DNA of 64,000 nt from Spirochaetia bacterium. Its GTDB lineage: Bacteria; Spirochaetota; Spirochaetia; SZUA-6; Bin103. The translations under genes and the position numbers were made by a program. The notes beneath the pieces are model-generated. The model saw nothing but the letters and a program-made list of their open reading frames with translations, searched no databases and was not told the DNA's origin. Of the stretch, positions 30,164-40,532 are shown piece after piece (positions within the stretch are counted from its first letter, which is position 1; every line of letters begins with the position of its first letter). The stretch is taken from contig CBDATQ010000001.1 in NCBI GenBank assembly GCA_965199955.1, positions 384,001-448,000 on the forward strand, written 5' to 3'.

Positions 30164-31960
30164 TCACGTGGGCCAGGGGAAGGCGACGGTCGGCTGATTC
30201 ACGAAGCGCTGGACGCGGAGCAGCAACCGGGCGCCGGCGCCGGGCTCCAGGCGCACGTGCAGGGCGGTGCCTCCCACCTCGGAGCGCTCGCCGTCGATGG
30301 CGACGCTGTCGATCGCGTGCTCGGCGAATGCGCCCGACTGCAGGACCAGGTTCTTCGCATGCACGGGATCCAGGTTGACGAGCTGCACGCCCACCTCGTC
30401 CGCGCTCATGTGGTCGACCAGCGAGGCGACGCCCGGCGGGATACCGGCGCGCCGGCGTTCGGCGTCGAAGTAGCGCACCGCGCAGTGCCACGGCACGCCC
30501 ACGTGGCGGGTGGGAAGGCCGCCCAGCATGAGCTGCACGAGGCCCCACACGACCGCCGGATTGATGCCGTTCGGGTCCTCGGAGAGCAGCATGTCGGCCG
30601 GGCGGGTGTCCTGCGCGCGCAGCTCCACCTTCCGGCGCACCTCTTCCAGGTCGGCCTGCAGCTTCTCCACCGGATAGCCGTCGTTCGAGCCGTCCAGGAA
30701 CCGCACCCAGGGGTCGGAGGCCACCAGCGCGTGGTCGCGCTCGCGGTCCTGGGACCAGGCGTAGACCGCCAGCGCGCCGCGGTCGAACGGTTCCGGCTGG
30801 AAGTCGTACCAGCCGTCCTGGTTGTACATGCGCGGGTAGAGCGTGACGCCGTCCTCGACCTTGCTGTTCTTGTTGACCGACGCCATGACGGTCCGCCAGA
30901 CGTCCACGTACTTTCGGTCGCCCGACACCAGCAGTGCGTTGCCGAACGCGTACGGCGTGCGGCTCTGGAAGTTGGGGCGGTGGTGCGGGATCGGCTTGCC
31001 GTCCTCGTCCAGCCCGTAGAACCCGCCGGTGTGGCCCCAGCCGTAGACGCCGCGCCACCACGCGCCGTCGCCGGCGGCGCCGCTGCCGATCTTGCCGTCC
31101 AGCCCGACGTTGCCCGGGATCAGGCCGTCGTTCTGGCAGGTGCGCTCGACCCAGGCGTCGGAGTACTCCTGGATCCACTCCCGGTACTTCGCCTCGCCGG
31201 TGGCCGCGTAGGCGTAGAACGCCATGGCGGTGGCGGCGAGGTTCAGGGGGATGTCGCCTTCGACGTCGCGATAGGTCTCGTAGTGAAACAGGTAGTCGTC
31301 GAAGTTGCGGTGGCCGCGCCCCGGCTTGAAGCGGCCCTCGATCTCGAACGGATCGCCGGCCCAGTCGACCGGCTCGACCTTGCCAAGCACCGGCCCGCGG
31401 CTGCCGTTCAGGACGCTGCGGATGATCCGGTGCTTCGGGTCGTAGTTCGGCTCGGCCGGCTCGTCGGGGTCGCCGGGCAGGTAGAAGCCGGCGAAGCGGC
31501 AGACGCGCTGCCGCCAGGTCAGGTTCCACGGTTCGCAGAGCCCCTCCTGGAACAGGCAGTGGTAGCCCTCGCCGTTGTGCACCCAGTCGAAGCTGGTCGG
31601 GAACTCCTTGTAATACATGCCGTCGGCGCCCAGCTTGGTGACGGTGGTCGTCGCTTCCGTGTACTGCCGGATGTGGCCCTCGATGCCGCGGCGGTACAGG
31701 GCCAGCACCCGCTCGGAGCCGCCCAGGGCATAGAAGTCGGTCCAGTTGGTCACGTTCTCGGCGGCGTCGTCCGGGCCGTCCAGCGCCCCCCAGCGCGCGA
31801 AGCACTTGAGGTAGCCGCGCTCGTCGAAGTAGCGGTCGTAGAACGGCGGGATCGCCGCCTCGATCGCGCGCATCAGCTCGCGCTCCAGCAGCGCCCAGTG
31901 CGGAGGCGCGGTGGGCGTGGAGATCGTCACGGCGGCGGTCGGCGGGGTTCGTGCGAGCAT
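30164..31960 (-). CDS. Conserved hypothetical protein (598 aa, Trp/Tyr-rich)
   Basis: Own SD (AGGAGG) before ATG 31960; high-GC codon usage; YFDERGYL...RWGALDGPDDAAE...DWVHNGEG. Confidence 0.8.
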   Translation of the reverse strand: MLARTPPTAAVTISTPTAPPHWALLERELMRAIEAAIPPFYDRYFDERGYLKCFARWGALDGPDDAAENVTNWTDFYALGGSERVLALYRRGIEGHIRQYTEATTTVTKLGADGMYYKEFPTSFDWVHNGEGYHCLFQEGLCEPWNLTWRQRVCRFAGFYLPGDPDEPAEPNYDPKHRIIRSVLNGSRGPVLGKVEPVDWAGDPFEIEGRFKPGRGHRNFDDYLFHYETYRDVEGDIPLNLAATAMAFYAYAATGEAKYREWIQEYSDAWVERTCQNDGLIPGNVGLDGKIGSGAAGDGAWWRGVYGWGHTGGFYGLDEDGKPIPHHRPNFQSRTPYAFGNALLVSGDRKYVDVWRTVMASVNKNSKVEDGVTLYPRMYNQDGWYDFQPEPFDRGALAVYAWSQDRERDHALVASDPWVRFLDGSNDGYPVEKLQADLEEVRRKVELRAQDTRPADMLLSEDPNGINPAVVWGLVQLMLGGLPTRHVGVPWHCAVRYFDAERRRAGIPPGVASLVDHMSADEVGVQLVNLDPVHAKNLVLQSGAFAEHAIDSVAIDGERSEVGGTALHVRLEPGAGARLLLRVQRFVNQPTVAFPWPT

Positions 31961-32028
31961 GTGGCGTCCCTCCTGAGACCTGCGGGCCTGCTGGGCGCCG
32001 ATGGTAGCAGAGCGGCCGGCCGCTCCGC

Positions 32029-33904
32029 TCAGCCGGAGGTGGGAGCCGGGGCGGCGGTGTCCGCGTGCTCGAACTGGCTCCGGTAGATGCGCGCGTAGGT
32101 GCTGTTCGCCGCGATCAGCTCGTCGTGCGTGCCGCGCTCGGCAACTCGGCCCGCGTCGATCACGTAGATCACGTCGGCGCGCCGCACCGTGCTCAGCCGG
32201 TGGGCGATGACGAAGCTGGTGCGCCCCTGCAGGAGCTCTCCCAGGGCTTCCTGGATGAGCAGCTCGGTGCGGGTGTCGACGTTGGAGGTGGCCTCGTCCA
32301 GCACCAGGATGCGCGGGTCCTTGAGCAGCGCGCGGGCGATGGCCAGCAACTGGCGCTGGCCGCGGCTCAGGTTGACGGCGCCCTCCTGCAGCACGGTGTC
32401 GTAGCCGTCGGGAAGGCGGGAGATGAATTCGTGCGCCCGCGCGCGGCGCGCGGCCGCCTCCACGGCGTCGTCGTCGGCGTCCGGCCGGCCGTAGCGGATG
32501 TTGTGGCCGATGGTGTCCGCGAACAGGAAGGTGTCCTGGAGGACGATGCCAATGCTCTGCCGCAGGCTGTCTTGCGTCACGGCGCGGACGTCCTGCCCGT
32601 CGATGGTCACCCCGCCCTCCTGCACGTCGTAGAAGCGCTCCAGCAGGCTGATGATGGTCGTCTTGCCGGCGCCGGTCGGGCCGACCAGCGCTACGGTCTG
32701 ACCGGGCTCCGCGACCAGGTCGACGCCCTCCAGCACCGGCGTCTCCGGCTCGTACGCGAAGCTCACGCCGGACAGCTCGACGCGGCCGGCGGTGACCTCC
32801 AGCGGCCGTGCGTCGTCGGCGTCGCGTACGCGCGGCTCCTCGTCCAGCAGCTCGAAGATGCGCTCGGCGCCGGCGATCGCCGACTGCACCTGCGTCCACA
32901 TCATGGAGATGGACTGCACGGGCTCGAAGAAGCGGCGCACGTACTGCACGAAGCCGACGATCACGCCGATGCTGACCAGGTCCGCCCGCGCCAGGTAGCC
33001 GCCGTAGGCCAGCACCACCGCAAGGCCGACGGCGCTGAGCACGTCCATGGTCGGGGCGAACGCGGCGGTCAGCGATTCCGCGCCGACGTTGGCGTCGCGG
33101 TTGGCGCGGTTGAGCTCGCGGAAGCTGGACGAGTTCCAGCCCTGCCGGTTGAAGGCCTGTGCCACGCGCGCCGGAGATGTTCTGCTCCAGCTCGGAGCTC
33201 ACCCCGCTGATGGTCCTGCGGGTCTTGCGGAAGGCGATGCGGGCGCGCCGGGAGAACACCGCCGTGGACAGGTACATCAGCGGCAACAGCGCGAAGCTGA
33301 TCAGGGCCAGCCTCCAGTTGAGCGCCAGCATGCCGATCAGGATCGCGATCAGCAGCAGCACGCTTTGGGCCAGCCGCGACAGGCTCATGCCGAACGCACG
33401 GTTGATCACGTCGGTGTCGTTCGACAGGCGCGACACCAGGTCGCCGGCCTTGTGGTGGTCGAAGTAGCCGAGCGACAGCGCGTGCACCTTGCCCATGATC
33501 TGGCCGCGTATCCGCAGCAGCACGCGCTGTCCCAGCGCCAGCAGCGCCACGCGGCTGACGGCGCCGGCCAGCCAGCCGGCGATATAGAACGCCAGGACGA
33601 GCGCCATCGCCACGGCGAGCATCCGACCCGTCTCGGACGGTGGCAGCAACCCGTCCACGAACGCCTTGAGGCCGTCCACCGCCCGCGCGATGTACAGCGG
33701 CGCCAGCGCCTGCGCGCCGGCGGAGGCCGCCGCCGTCACCACCACCATGATGAACGCCAGGCGCTGGCCGCGCAGGTAGCCCAACAGCCGCCGCAACGTC
33801 CGCCCGACCCGCTCGGCCTTGCGCTCCTCTTCGGCGCCGAACGGCATCATGCCCATGCGTCCATGGCCGCCCGCGCGCTGCCGGTGACGTGCGGGATCGC
33901 TCAC
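32029..33904 (-). CDS. ABC exporter subunit (TMD+NBD), frameshifted near 33165
   Basis: TMD begins in one frame to NISGAR and continues VAQAFN...GPTGAGKT...LSRGQRQ...DEATSNVD...IAHRLST; one GC unit appears missing from a (GC)n run. Confidence 0.88.
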
Positions 33905-35727
33905 GGCGCCACCTCCCCGGGTTCGGCCGGCTCGGCGGCGGCCGGCTGCGCGGACAACTCGCCGTAGAAGACCTCGGCGTATAGCGCGTTGTCGTGCAGC
34001 AGCCGTTGGTGCTCGTCCAGCCCCGCCACCGTTCCCTCGTGCAGCAGCAGCACGCGGTCGGCGGCCAGCACCGTGTGCATGCGGCTGGCGATGACGAAGG
34101 ACAGCCGGTCCTGCCGGAGGTCGTCGAGCGCGGCGCGGATGCGCCGCTCGGTCTCGTAGTCGACGCTGCTGGTGCTGTCGTCGAGGATCAGGATGCGCGG
34201 CTCGATCAGCAGGGCGCGGGCGATCGCCACCCGCTGCTTCTGACCGCCCGAAAGGGTCACGCCGCGCTCGCCGACCATGCTGGCGTAGCCGTCGGGGAGC
34301 TCCGTGATGAACGGGTGCGCCTCCGCGGCGCGGGCGGCGGCCTCCACCTCGGCACCGGTGGCGTCCGGCCGGCCGTAGGCGATGTTCTCACGGATGGTGC
34401 CGCCGAACAGGGTGGTCTCCTCCAGCACGATGCCGATCTGCCGCCGTAGCGACTGCAGCGTGACGTCGCGGATGTCGGCGCCGTCGATGGTGATGCGGCC
34501 GGCGGTGGCGTCGTAGAAGCGCGGGATCAGGTTGATGATCGTGCTCTTGCCCGATCCGGTGGCGCCGACGATTGCCAGGGTCTCGGACGCCCCGGTGCGG
34601 AAGCTCACCTCGCGCAGCACCGGCGCCCCGACCCCGAAGTAGCTGAACGACACCCGCTCGAACTCGAGCCCCTCGCGGAGCGGCGCCAGCGTTGCCGCGC
34701 CGGGCTTCTCCGTGACTTCCGATTCGGCGTCCAGGATCTCGAAGATCCGCTCGGCGCCGGCGGCCGCCTGGGAGATCGACATCATGATCATGCCCAGCAT
34801 CGTGATCGGGAACATGGCGACGATCAGGTAGCCCTGGAACGCCACCAGCTCGCCGATGGTGAGGCGCTCGGCCAGGATCTGGACGCCGCCGCCCCAGGTA
34901 ATGACCACGGTGCCGATGTTGGCCATCGCGAACACCAGCGGAATGGCCAGCGAGAACAGGCGCCCCACGTGCATCATCTGCTCGTACATCTCGCGGCTCT
35001 CGACCTCGAACCGCTCCTGCTCGCGCGTGGCGCCGGTGAATGCCTTGACCGTGCGGACGCCGACGATGTTCTGCTCCAGGCGGGTGTTGAGCGCCGCGAT
35101 CTTCTCCTGCACGGCGCGGAACAGCGGCCGTCCCACCTTGGCCATGTAGGAGAAGATCACGAACACCACGGCCATCAGCGGAATCACGTGCAGGGCCAGC
35201 CGCCAGTTGGTCGCGAACAGCAGGGTGAAGCTGCCGATCAGCAGCACCACGGTGGTAATGATCTGGATCACGCCGGTGCTGACGAAGGTGCGCACCATGT
35301 CCACGTCGCTGGTGGCGCGGGTGAGGAGCTGCCCGGTCTGCGAGCGGTCGTGGTAGCTGAACGAGAGGCTCTGGACGTGGTCGTAGAGCCGGTTGCGCAG
35401 GTCGTAGGCGACGCCCTGTGACACGCGCGCGGCCAGGGCGCCCTGCACGTAGGTGAACAGCGAGCGGAGCGCCGTGACGGCGACGATCAGCAGCGCGCCG
35501 ATCAGGACCGCCTGCATCCGATCGACCAGGATGCCCGAGTCGATGACCTGCTGAGTGATGCGGGGCACGACCAGATTGCCGGCGGAGCTGGCCAGCAGGC
35601 AGACCAGGCTGACCAGGACGCGCCCCCGGTACGGGCGCATGTAGCTCAGGCTGCGCAGCAGGGCGCGCATCGCCGGGCGTCCGAGCCGGCGGCCGTCAGT
35701 CGGCTGCCGCGGTGAGGGACTCGACAT
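33901..35727 (-). CDS. ABC exporter subunit (TMD+NBD), degenerate-site partner
   Basis: GATGSGKS, LSGGQKQR, ILILDDSTSSVD (catalytic Glu replaced by Asp), IASR in place of the H-loop. Confidence 0.93.
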   Translation of the reverse strand: MSSPSPRQPTDGRRLGRPAMRALLRSLSYMRPYRGRVLVSLVCLLASSAGNLVVPRITQQVIDSGILVDRMQAVLIGALLIVAVTALRSLFTYVQGALAARVSQGVAYDLRNRLYDHVQSLSFSYHDRSQTGQLLTRATSDVDMVRTFVSTGVIQIITTVVLLIGSFTLLFATNWRLALHVIPLMAVVFVIFSYMAKVGRPLFRAVQEKIAALNTRLEQNIVGVRTVKAFTGATREQERFEVESREMYEQMMHVGRLFSLAIPLVFAMANIGTVVITWGGGVQILAERLTIGELVAFQGYLIVAMFPITMLGMIMMSISQAAAGAERIFEILDAESEVTEKPGAATLAPLREGLEFERVSFSYFGVGAPVLREVSFRTGASETLAIVGATGSGKSTIINLIPRFYDATAGRITIDGADIRDVTLQSLRRQIGIVLEETTLFGGTIRENIAYGRPDATGAEVEAAARAAEAHPFITELPDGYASMVGERGVTLSGGQKQRVAIARALLIEPRILILDDSTSSVDYETERRIRAALDDLRQDRLSFVIASRMHTVLAADRVLLLHEGTVAGLDEHQRLLHDNALYAEVFYGELSAQPAAAEPAEPGEVAP

Positions 35728-35729
35728 CC

Positions 35730-36173
35730 TCATTCTCCCGGCCGGCCAGCCAGTCGGTCCAGCAGCTCGTTCAGGCGCTCCCGATCCTCGTCGCTGAGGG
35801 GCTCCATGATCCGGTGGATGCCGTCCACGTACTGCGGCCACAGCCGGTCCATCAGGGCGCGGCCGGCAGGCGTCACATGCACCAGCACCACGCGCCGGTC
35901 GTGGGCGGCCGGTTGGCGTTCGACCAGTCCGTCGCGCTCCAGGCGGTCGACGACACCGGAGGCGTTGCCGGGGTCGGCCCACGACCGGGCGGCGAGCCTG
36001 GTCACCGGGATGCCCTGATCCGGGATCCGCACCAGGGTGTGGAACTGCGCCCCGGTCAGCCCCGCCTGTGCGAACATCGCGCCCATCGCCCGCTTCATGG
36101 ACAGCGTCGTGCGCAGCAGGCGCCGGAAGGTGGCGACGGTCGGATCGGCGCATTCGTCACAGCGGAGATCCAT
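35730..36173 (-). CDS. MarR-family transcriptional regulator
   Basis: GLTGAQFHTL...VVDRLERDGLVER...DRRVVLVHVTPAG. Confidence 0.93.
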   Translation of the reverse strand: MDLRCDECADPTVATFRRLLRTTLSMKRAMGAMFAQAGLTGAQFHTLVRIPDQGIPVTRLAARSWADPGNASGVVDRLERDGLVERQPAAHDRRVVLVHVTPAGRALMDRLWPQYVDGIHRIMEPLSDEDRERLNELLDRLAGRPGE

Positions 36174-36186
36174 ACCGAAAACTTGA

Positions 36187-36223
36187 GATCGCAAATGTTA
36201 TGATCGCAAGGACTGATCGTCAA
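36187..36223 (-). promoter_or_regulatory. sigma70 promoter of the marR-ABC operon with tandem TTGCGATC boxes
   Basis: Minus strand TTGACG (36223-36218)-17 nt-TAACAT (36200-36195); GATCGCAA at 36187-36194 and 36202-36209 flank the -10. Confidence 0.7.
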
Positions 36224-36313
36224 GGGAATGCCCCGGCTGGAGCGAGTACCGGGACATACCGGGGTGCGAGCGTGTTGTACGATCGGCAAGGCAGGTAGCG
36301 GAGAGACCGCAGA

Positions 36314-36644
36314 GTGATGAAGATCGGTGCGTTTTCGGTGAGTCTGGCGGTGAAGGACCTGCAAGCCGCGAAGGCGTTCTATGAGAAGCTCGGCTTCAGC
36401 CGCGCCGGCGGCGACGGAAGCGGCTACCTGATCATGGTCAATGGGGGCGCCACGATCGGCCTGTTCCAGGGGATGTTCGACGGCAACATCCTCACGTTCA
36501 ACCCCGGGCTGCGGCAGGACGGGTCGCAACTCACGGAGTTCACGGATGTCAGGGAGATACGAGAGTCCCTGCGTGCGAGCGGCATCGAGATGACGACGGA
36601 CACGGATCCGGCGGGCACCGGTCCGGCCCACATCGTGTTCCGTG
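36314..36644 (+). pseudogene. VOC/glyoxalase-family protein, C-terminally truncated
   Basis: GAFSVSLAVKDL...FYEKLGF...IGLFQGMF...ILTFNPG...GPAHIVF; the expected DPDGN-type tail is absent and the frame runs into the antisense of the M23 gene. Confidence 0.7.
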
Positions 36645-37181
36645 CTAACCGGGGCGAATCAGGCGCCAGAGGGCGCGGCGGGCGCTGTCGATGGCCAGGA
36701 ACGGACCCGGCGGAAGCCGCCGGCCGAGCCAGCGCACCTCGAAGTGCACGTGCGGGCCGGTGGCCCGGCCGCTCTGACCGGCCGACCCGATGCGCGTCCA
36801 CTTCAGGACCGGCCGGCCTGCGCGCGTGCGCGCGGACTCGAGGTGCGCGTACAGGGTCGAGAACCCCAGCCAGTGGCGGATGATGACGTAGGTGCCCAGG
36901 GTGGGACTGGACCCCACCACGTCTACGATCCCGCTCTTGGCCGCGCGCACCGGACCGCCCAGCGGCGCGCGGAAGTCGATTCCCTTGTGCACTTCCAGCG
37001 CCAGGGGATTTGCGCTCTCCGGTCTCGTCCGCAGGAAGTAGCGCGAAGTGACCGCGCCCGGTACCGGCCGCACGTACGGCGGGACCACCAGATTGAATGC
37101 CAGCAGCAGCAGCGCGATGCGCAGCAGCCGGCGGCGTCGCGCCGGCACGGCGTACCTCGTGCTCTTGGCCTTCACCCGCAT
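36645..37181 (-). CDS. M23-family metallopeptidase
   Basis: N-terminal hydrophobic anchor; HKGIDF, YAHL, TGPHVHFE. Confidence 0.92.
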   Translation of the reverse strand: MRVKAKSTRYAVPARRRRLLRIALLLLAFNLVVPPYVRPVPGAVTSRYFLRTRPESANPLALEVHKGIDFRAPLGGPVRAAKSGIVDVVGSSPTLGTYVIIRHWLGFSTLYAHLESARTRAGRPVLKWTRIGSAGQSGRATGPHVHFEVRWLGRRLPPGPFLAIDSARRALWRLIRPG

Positions 37182-37264
37182 GTACGGGAAGGTGGGTCTT
37201 CCGGCACTCGGATGGTGCGGGACCGCTCGGCACGCATCGACGATCCGCCGGGAGGCTCTCGCGC

Positions 37265-37490
37265 TGACTCAAGCCCGGCGTGGCGGTGGCGGTGATGAGC
37301 CGCACACAGAAGCCTGAGGTTGGCACGCTCCGCGCCGCCGCCGCGGGCGTACGGGATGCGGTGTTGCGCGCACAGCTTCATGGCGCCGATCCTCCCATAC
37401 GTGGCCCCGTCGCTGTAGCCGAGCCCGCGCGTCACGTAGTCGAACAGGCTGGAGAAGCCGCGGCGCAGGTACAGCGCGCGCGCCTGTACA
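37265..37490 (-). pseudogene. Internally deleted HNH-endonuclease gene remnant
   Basis: LYLRRGFSSLFDYVTRGLGYSDGATYGRI joined directly to HRIPYARGGGAERANLRLLCAAHHRHRH. Confidence 0.65.
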
Positions 37491-37522
37491 GTCGCACGCG
37501 CCGGCCCGCACAGTAGCCGGGC

Positions 37523-38596
37523 ATGGCTCGAGCCGCTGTTCCCGGCCTGTTGACGCCGATCACGATCAAGGGGCGCACGCTGCGCAACCGGATCGTGATG
37601 CCGCCGATGGCAAGCCACTTGTCGCCGCCGGACGGCTCGGTGACGCAGGAGCACCTGGACCGCTACGTGCCGCGCGCGGCCGCCGGCGTCGGCCTGGTGA
37701 TGGTCGAGCACTGCTACGTGGTGGCCGACGGCCGCACCAGCGACGACCAGCTCGGCATCCACGACGACGCGGTGGTCGCCGGGCACGCAGTCCTCTGCGA
37801 GCGAATCCGGGCGACCGGCGCGGTGACCGGCGTGCAGCTCAATCATGGGGGAGGCAAGGTTCCGAGCGCCTGCAGCGGCCATCAGCCGGTCAGCGCCTCC
37901 GCCGGCGTGGTCCCGCGTGGGCAGGAGGACTGCCGGGCCGCCACGGTCCCCGAGATCGAGGAGTACCCGCGCGACTTCGCCCGCGCCGCGCGCCGCGGGG
38001 TGAGGGCCGGCTACGACCTGGTGGAGATCCACGGCGCCCACGGTTACCTGCTCAGCCAGTACCTGTCGCCGCTGGTCAACCGGCGCGACGACCGCTACGG
38101 CGGTGACGCCGATCGCCGCCTGGCCCTGCCGCTCGCGGTGGTGCGCGCCGTGCGGGCCGAGGTAGGGCCGGACTACTGGATCCAATACCGCTTGGGCGCG
38201 CTGGATTACAAGGACGGCGGCCTGGACGCGGAGGCGGCGGTGGCGGCGGCAGGGGCGCTGGTCGCGGCCGGCGTCGACGTCATCCACATCTCCGGCGGGG
38301 TGCACGGCCCGCAGGCGCAGGACTGGGACGGTGCCTCCGAGGGCTACCACGTCGGCATCGCCGCCCGCGTGCGCGCCGGCGTCACCGTGCCCGTGATCGT
38401 GCCGGGGGCGATCCGTACGCCGGCGTTCGCCGACCGCGTGGTCCGCGAAGGCAAGGCCGACCTGGTCGCGGTAGGCACGGCGATGCTCGACAATCCCCGG
38501 TGGGCGGCCGACGCGATCGAGGCGCTGGCCGGCTCCTCGCAGCCCGTCGAGCCGTTGCCGGGCGGCAACCCGTGCGGTACGGTTGGCTCTTCGTGA
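37523..38596 (+). CDS. NADH:flavin oxidoreductase (Old Yellow Enzyme family)
   Basis: LRNRIVMPPM, QLNHGG, EIHGAHGYLLSQYLSP..NRRDDRYGG. Confidence 0.95.
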   Translation: MARAAVPGLLTPITIKGRTLRNRIVMPPMASHLSPPDGSVTQEHLDRYVPRAAAGVGLVMVEHCYVVADGRTSDDQLGIHDDAVVAGHAVLCERIRATGAVTGVQLNHGGGKVPSACSGHQPVSASAGVVPRGQEDCRAATVPEIEEYPRDFARAARRGVRAGYDLVEIHGAHGYLLSQYLSPLVNRRDDRYGGDADRRLALPLAVVRAVRAEVGPDYWIQYRLGALDYKDGGLDAEAAVAAAGALVAAGVDVIHISGGVHGPQAQDWDGASEGYHVGIAARVRAGVTVPVIVPGAIRTPAFADRVVREGKADLVAVGTAMLDNPRWAADAIEALAGSSQPVEPLPGGNPCGTVGSS

Positions 38597-38614
38597 AGGA
38601 GCTTCGCAGGTTCC

Positions 38615-39577
38615 GTGGCGACTGACCCGGCAGCGCAGACCGCCGATGCGCAGCGCGAGTTGCTACGCCGTCAGCTCCGCACGCGTGCCCTGCGCATGCG
38701 GCCTCTCTACCTGCTCCTGCTGATCTCCTTCGCCTTTCTGTTCCTGTTCAAGTACGTGCCGATCTACGGGATGGCGATCGCCTTCACGGACTTCAACGTC
38801 CGCGACGGGCTGCTCGGCAGCGACTGGAACAACTTCGCCTACTTCAAGCGGATGGCGCGCGATCCGTTCTTCAGCCGCGTGCTGTTCAACACCGCCTACC
38901 TCAGCTTCCTGCGCCTGGTATTCCAGTTTCCGACGCCCATCGTCTTCGCGCTGCTGCTCAACGAGATCCGGTTCACCCCCTTCAAGCGGGCGGTGCAGAG
39001 CGTCAGCTACTTCCCGCACTTCATCTCCTGGGTGCTCCTGAGCGGCATCATCTCGCAGATCCTCAACACCTACGGCCCCGTGTACTGGTTCTTCGGCGTG
39101 ATCGGCTCGGAGCCGGTCCACCTGCTCACGTACGCTCCAACCTTCCGTGGCCTGCTGGTGCTCACCGGCATCTGGCAGAGCGTGGGCTGGGCCTCGATCA
39201 TCTACCTGGCGGCACTGTCCGGGATCGACTCGCAACTCTACGAGAGCGCCCAGATCGACGGGGCCGGCCGGCTCCGGCAGGCGTTCAGCATCAGCCTGCC
39301 GTCGCTGGTGCCGATGATCTACATCCTGTTCCTGCTGCAGGTGGCCGCGCTGATGCACGAGTCGTGGGAGCAGATCTTCAACCTGTACAACCCCAACGTG
39401 TTCGCAGTCGCAGACGTGTTCGAGACGCTCATTTACCGCGCCGGCATCCAGGACGCCCGCTTCGGCTACACCACCGCGATCGGCATGTTCCAGAACGTCG
39501 CCGGACTGATTATTCTGCTCATCGTCAACGCGATTGTCCGCCGCTCCGCCGACTACGGCCACTTCGCCCTGTGGTGA
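38615..39577 (+). CDS. Carbohydrate ABC transporter permease (LplB-like)
   Basis: FKYVPIYG, QSVSYFPHFISWV, IYLAALSGIDSQLYESAQIDGA. Confidence 0.93.
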   Translation: MATDPAAQTADAQRELLRRQLRTRALRMRPLYLLLLISFAFLFLFKYVPIYGMAIAFTDFNVRDGLLGSDWNNFAYFKRMARDPFFSRVLFNTAYLSFLRLVFQFPTPIVFALLLNEIRFTPFKRAVQSVSYFPHFISWVLLSGIISQILNTYGPVYWFFGVIGSEPVHLLTYAPTFRGLLVLTGIWQSVGWASIIYLAALSGIDSQLYESAQIDGAGRLRQAFSISLPSLVPMIYILFLLQVAALMHESWEQIFNLYNPNVFAVADVFETLIYRAGIQDARFGYTTAIGMFQNVAGLIILLIVNAIVRRSADYGHFALW

Positions 39578-39629
39578 GGCTCGCTCCGGTGAGACGGCGG
39601 GACGGATCGGTACGGGGGAGCTGAGCGCG

Positions 39630-40532
39630 ATGGCAGTGCGGGGCCGGACGAGCGCGGCCGGCGTGACCTTCGACATCGCCAACTACGCGTTCTTCGTGCT
39701 GCTGTCGCTGACCTTCATCTATCCGTTCTGGTCCATCATCACCCAGTCGTTCGCCCCGATTCATGCCGTCCACCGGATGGGCTTCCACGTGTGGCCGGGA
39801 GAGATCGACACCGAGGCGTGGAACTACGTGTTCGACGAGCATGACGTGGCGCCGGCCTACTTCAACACGACCTTCCGGGTCGTGCTCGGCGTGCTTGCGA
39901 CCCTGCTGGTCACGTTCACCGCCGGGTACGCCCTCTCCAAGCCGACGCTGCCGTGGCGCAAGTCGCTGACCCTCGTCTACATCCTGACCCTGTTCTTCTC
40001 GGGCGGGATCATCCCGCTGTTCCTGTTGATCCGCGGCCTGGGGCTGTTCAACACCCGCGCCGTGCTGATCCTGGTGCCGGCCATCAACGTCTTCTGGATC
40101 GTGCTGGCCCGCACGTACCTGATGACCATCGATCAGGCGATGGAGGATTCGGCGATGATCGACGGCGCCACCTACTGGACGGTGCTCGTGCGCATCATCA
40201 CGCCGCTGGCCAAGCCCGTGATCGCGGTGATCTCCCTGTTCTCGGCCGTCCAGCACTGGAACTCCTGGTTCGACGCGCTGATCTACGCCCCGCACCCCCG
40301 CCTGATCGTGCTGCAGATGCTGGTCTTCCGGATGCTGACGGACCTCCGCAGCGACTGGTTCATCGAGTACCAGGAGATGATGCGCCAGGCGGGCATCGAC
40401 GTGGAGATGTTCGCCGCCGAGGCGGTGCAGGCGGCCACCATCGTCCTGACCATCGGCCCGATCATCCTGGTCTACCCCTTCCTGCAGCGGTTCTTCGTCA
40501 AGGGCGTGATGCTGGGCTCCCTGAAAGGATGA
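39630..40532 (+). CDS. Carbohydrate ABC transporter permease
   Basis: FFSGGIIP, EDSAMIDGA, HWNSWFDA, YPFLQRFFVKGVMLGSLKG. Confidence 0.93.
   Translation: MAVRGRTSAAGVTFDIANYAFFVLLSLTFIYPFWSIITQSFAPIHAVHRMGFHVWPGEIDTEAWNYVFDEHDVAPAYFNTTFRVVLGVLATLLVTFTAGYALSKPTLPWRKSLTLVYILTLFFSGGIIPLFLLIRGLGLFNTRAVLILVPAINVFWIVLARTYLMTIDQAMEDSAMIDGATYWTVLVRIITPLAKPVIAVISLFSAVQHWNSWFDALIYAPHPRLIVLQMLVFRMLTDLRSDWFIEYQEMMRQAGIDVEMFAAEAVQAATIVLTIGPIILVYPFLQRFFVKGVMLGSLKG

Noticed and set aside
30164..33904. 1246-aa ORF suggesting an ABC-TMD fused to a large unknown domain
   Set aside because: Artefact of the frameshift near 33165; the middle is off-frame ABC sequence and the 3' gene has its own SD and ATG at 31960
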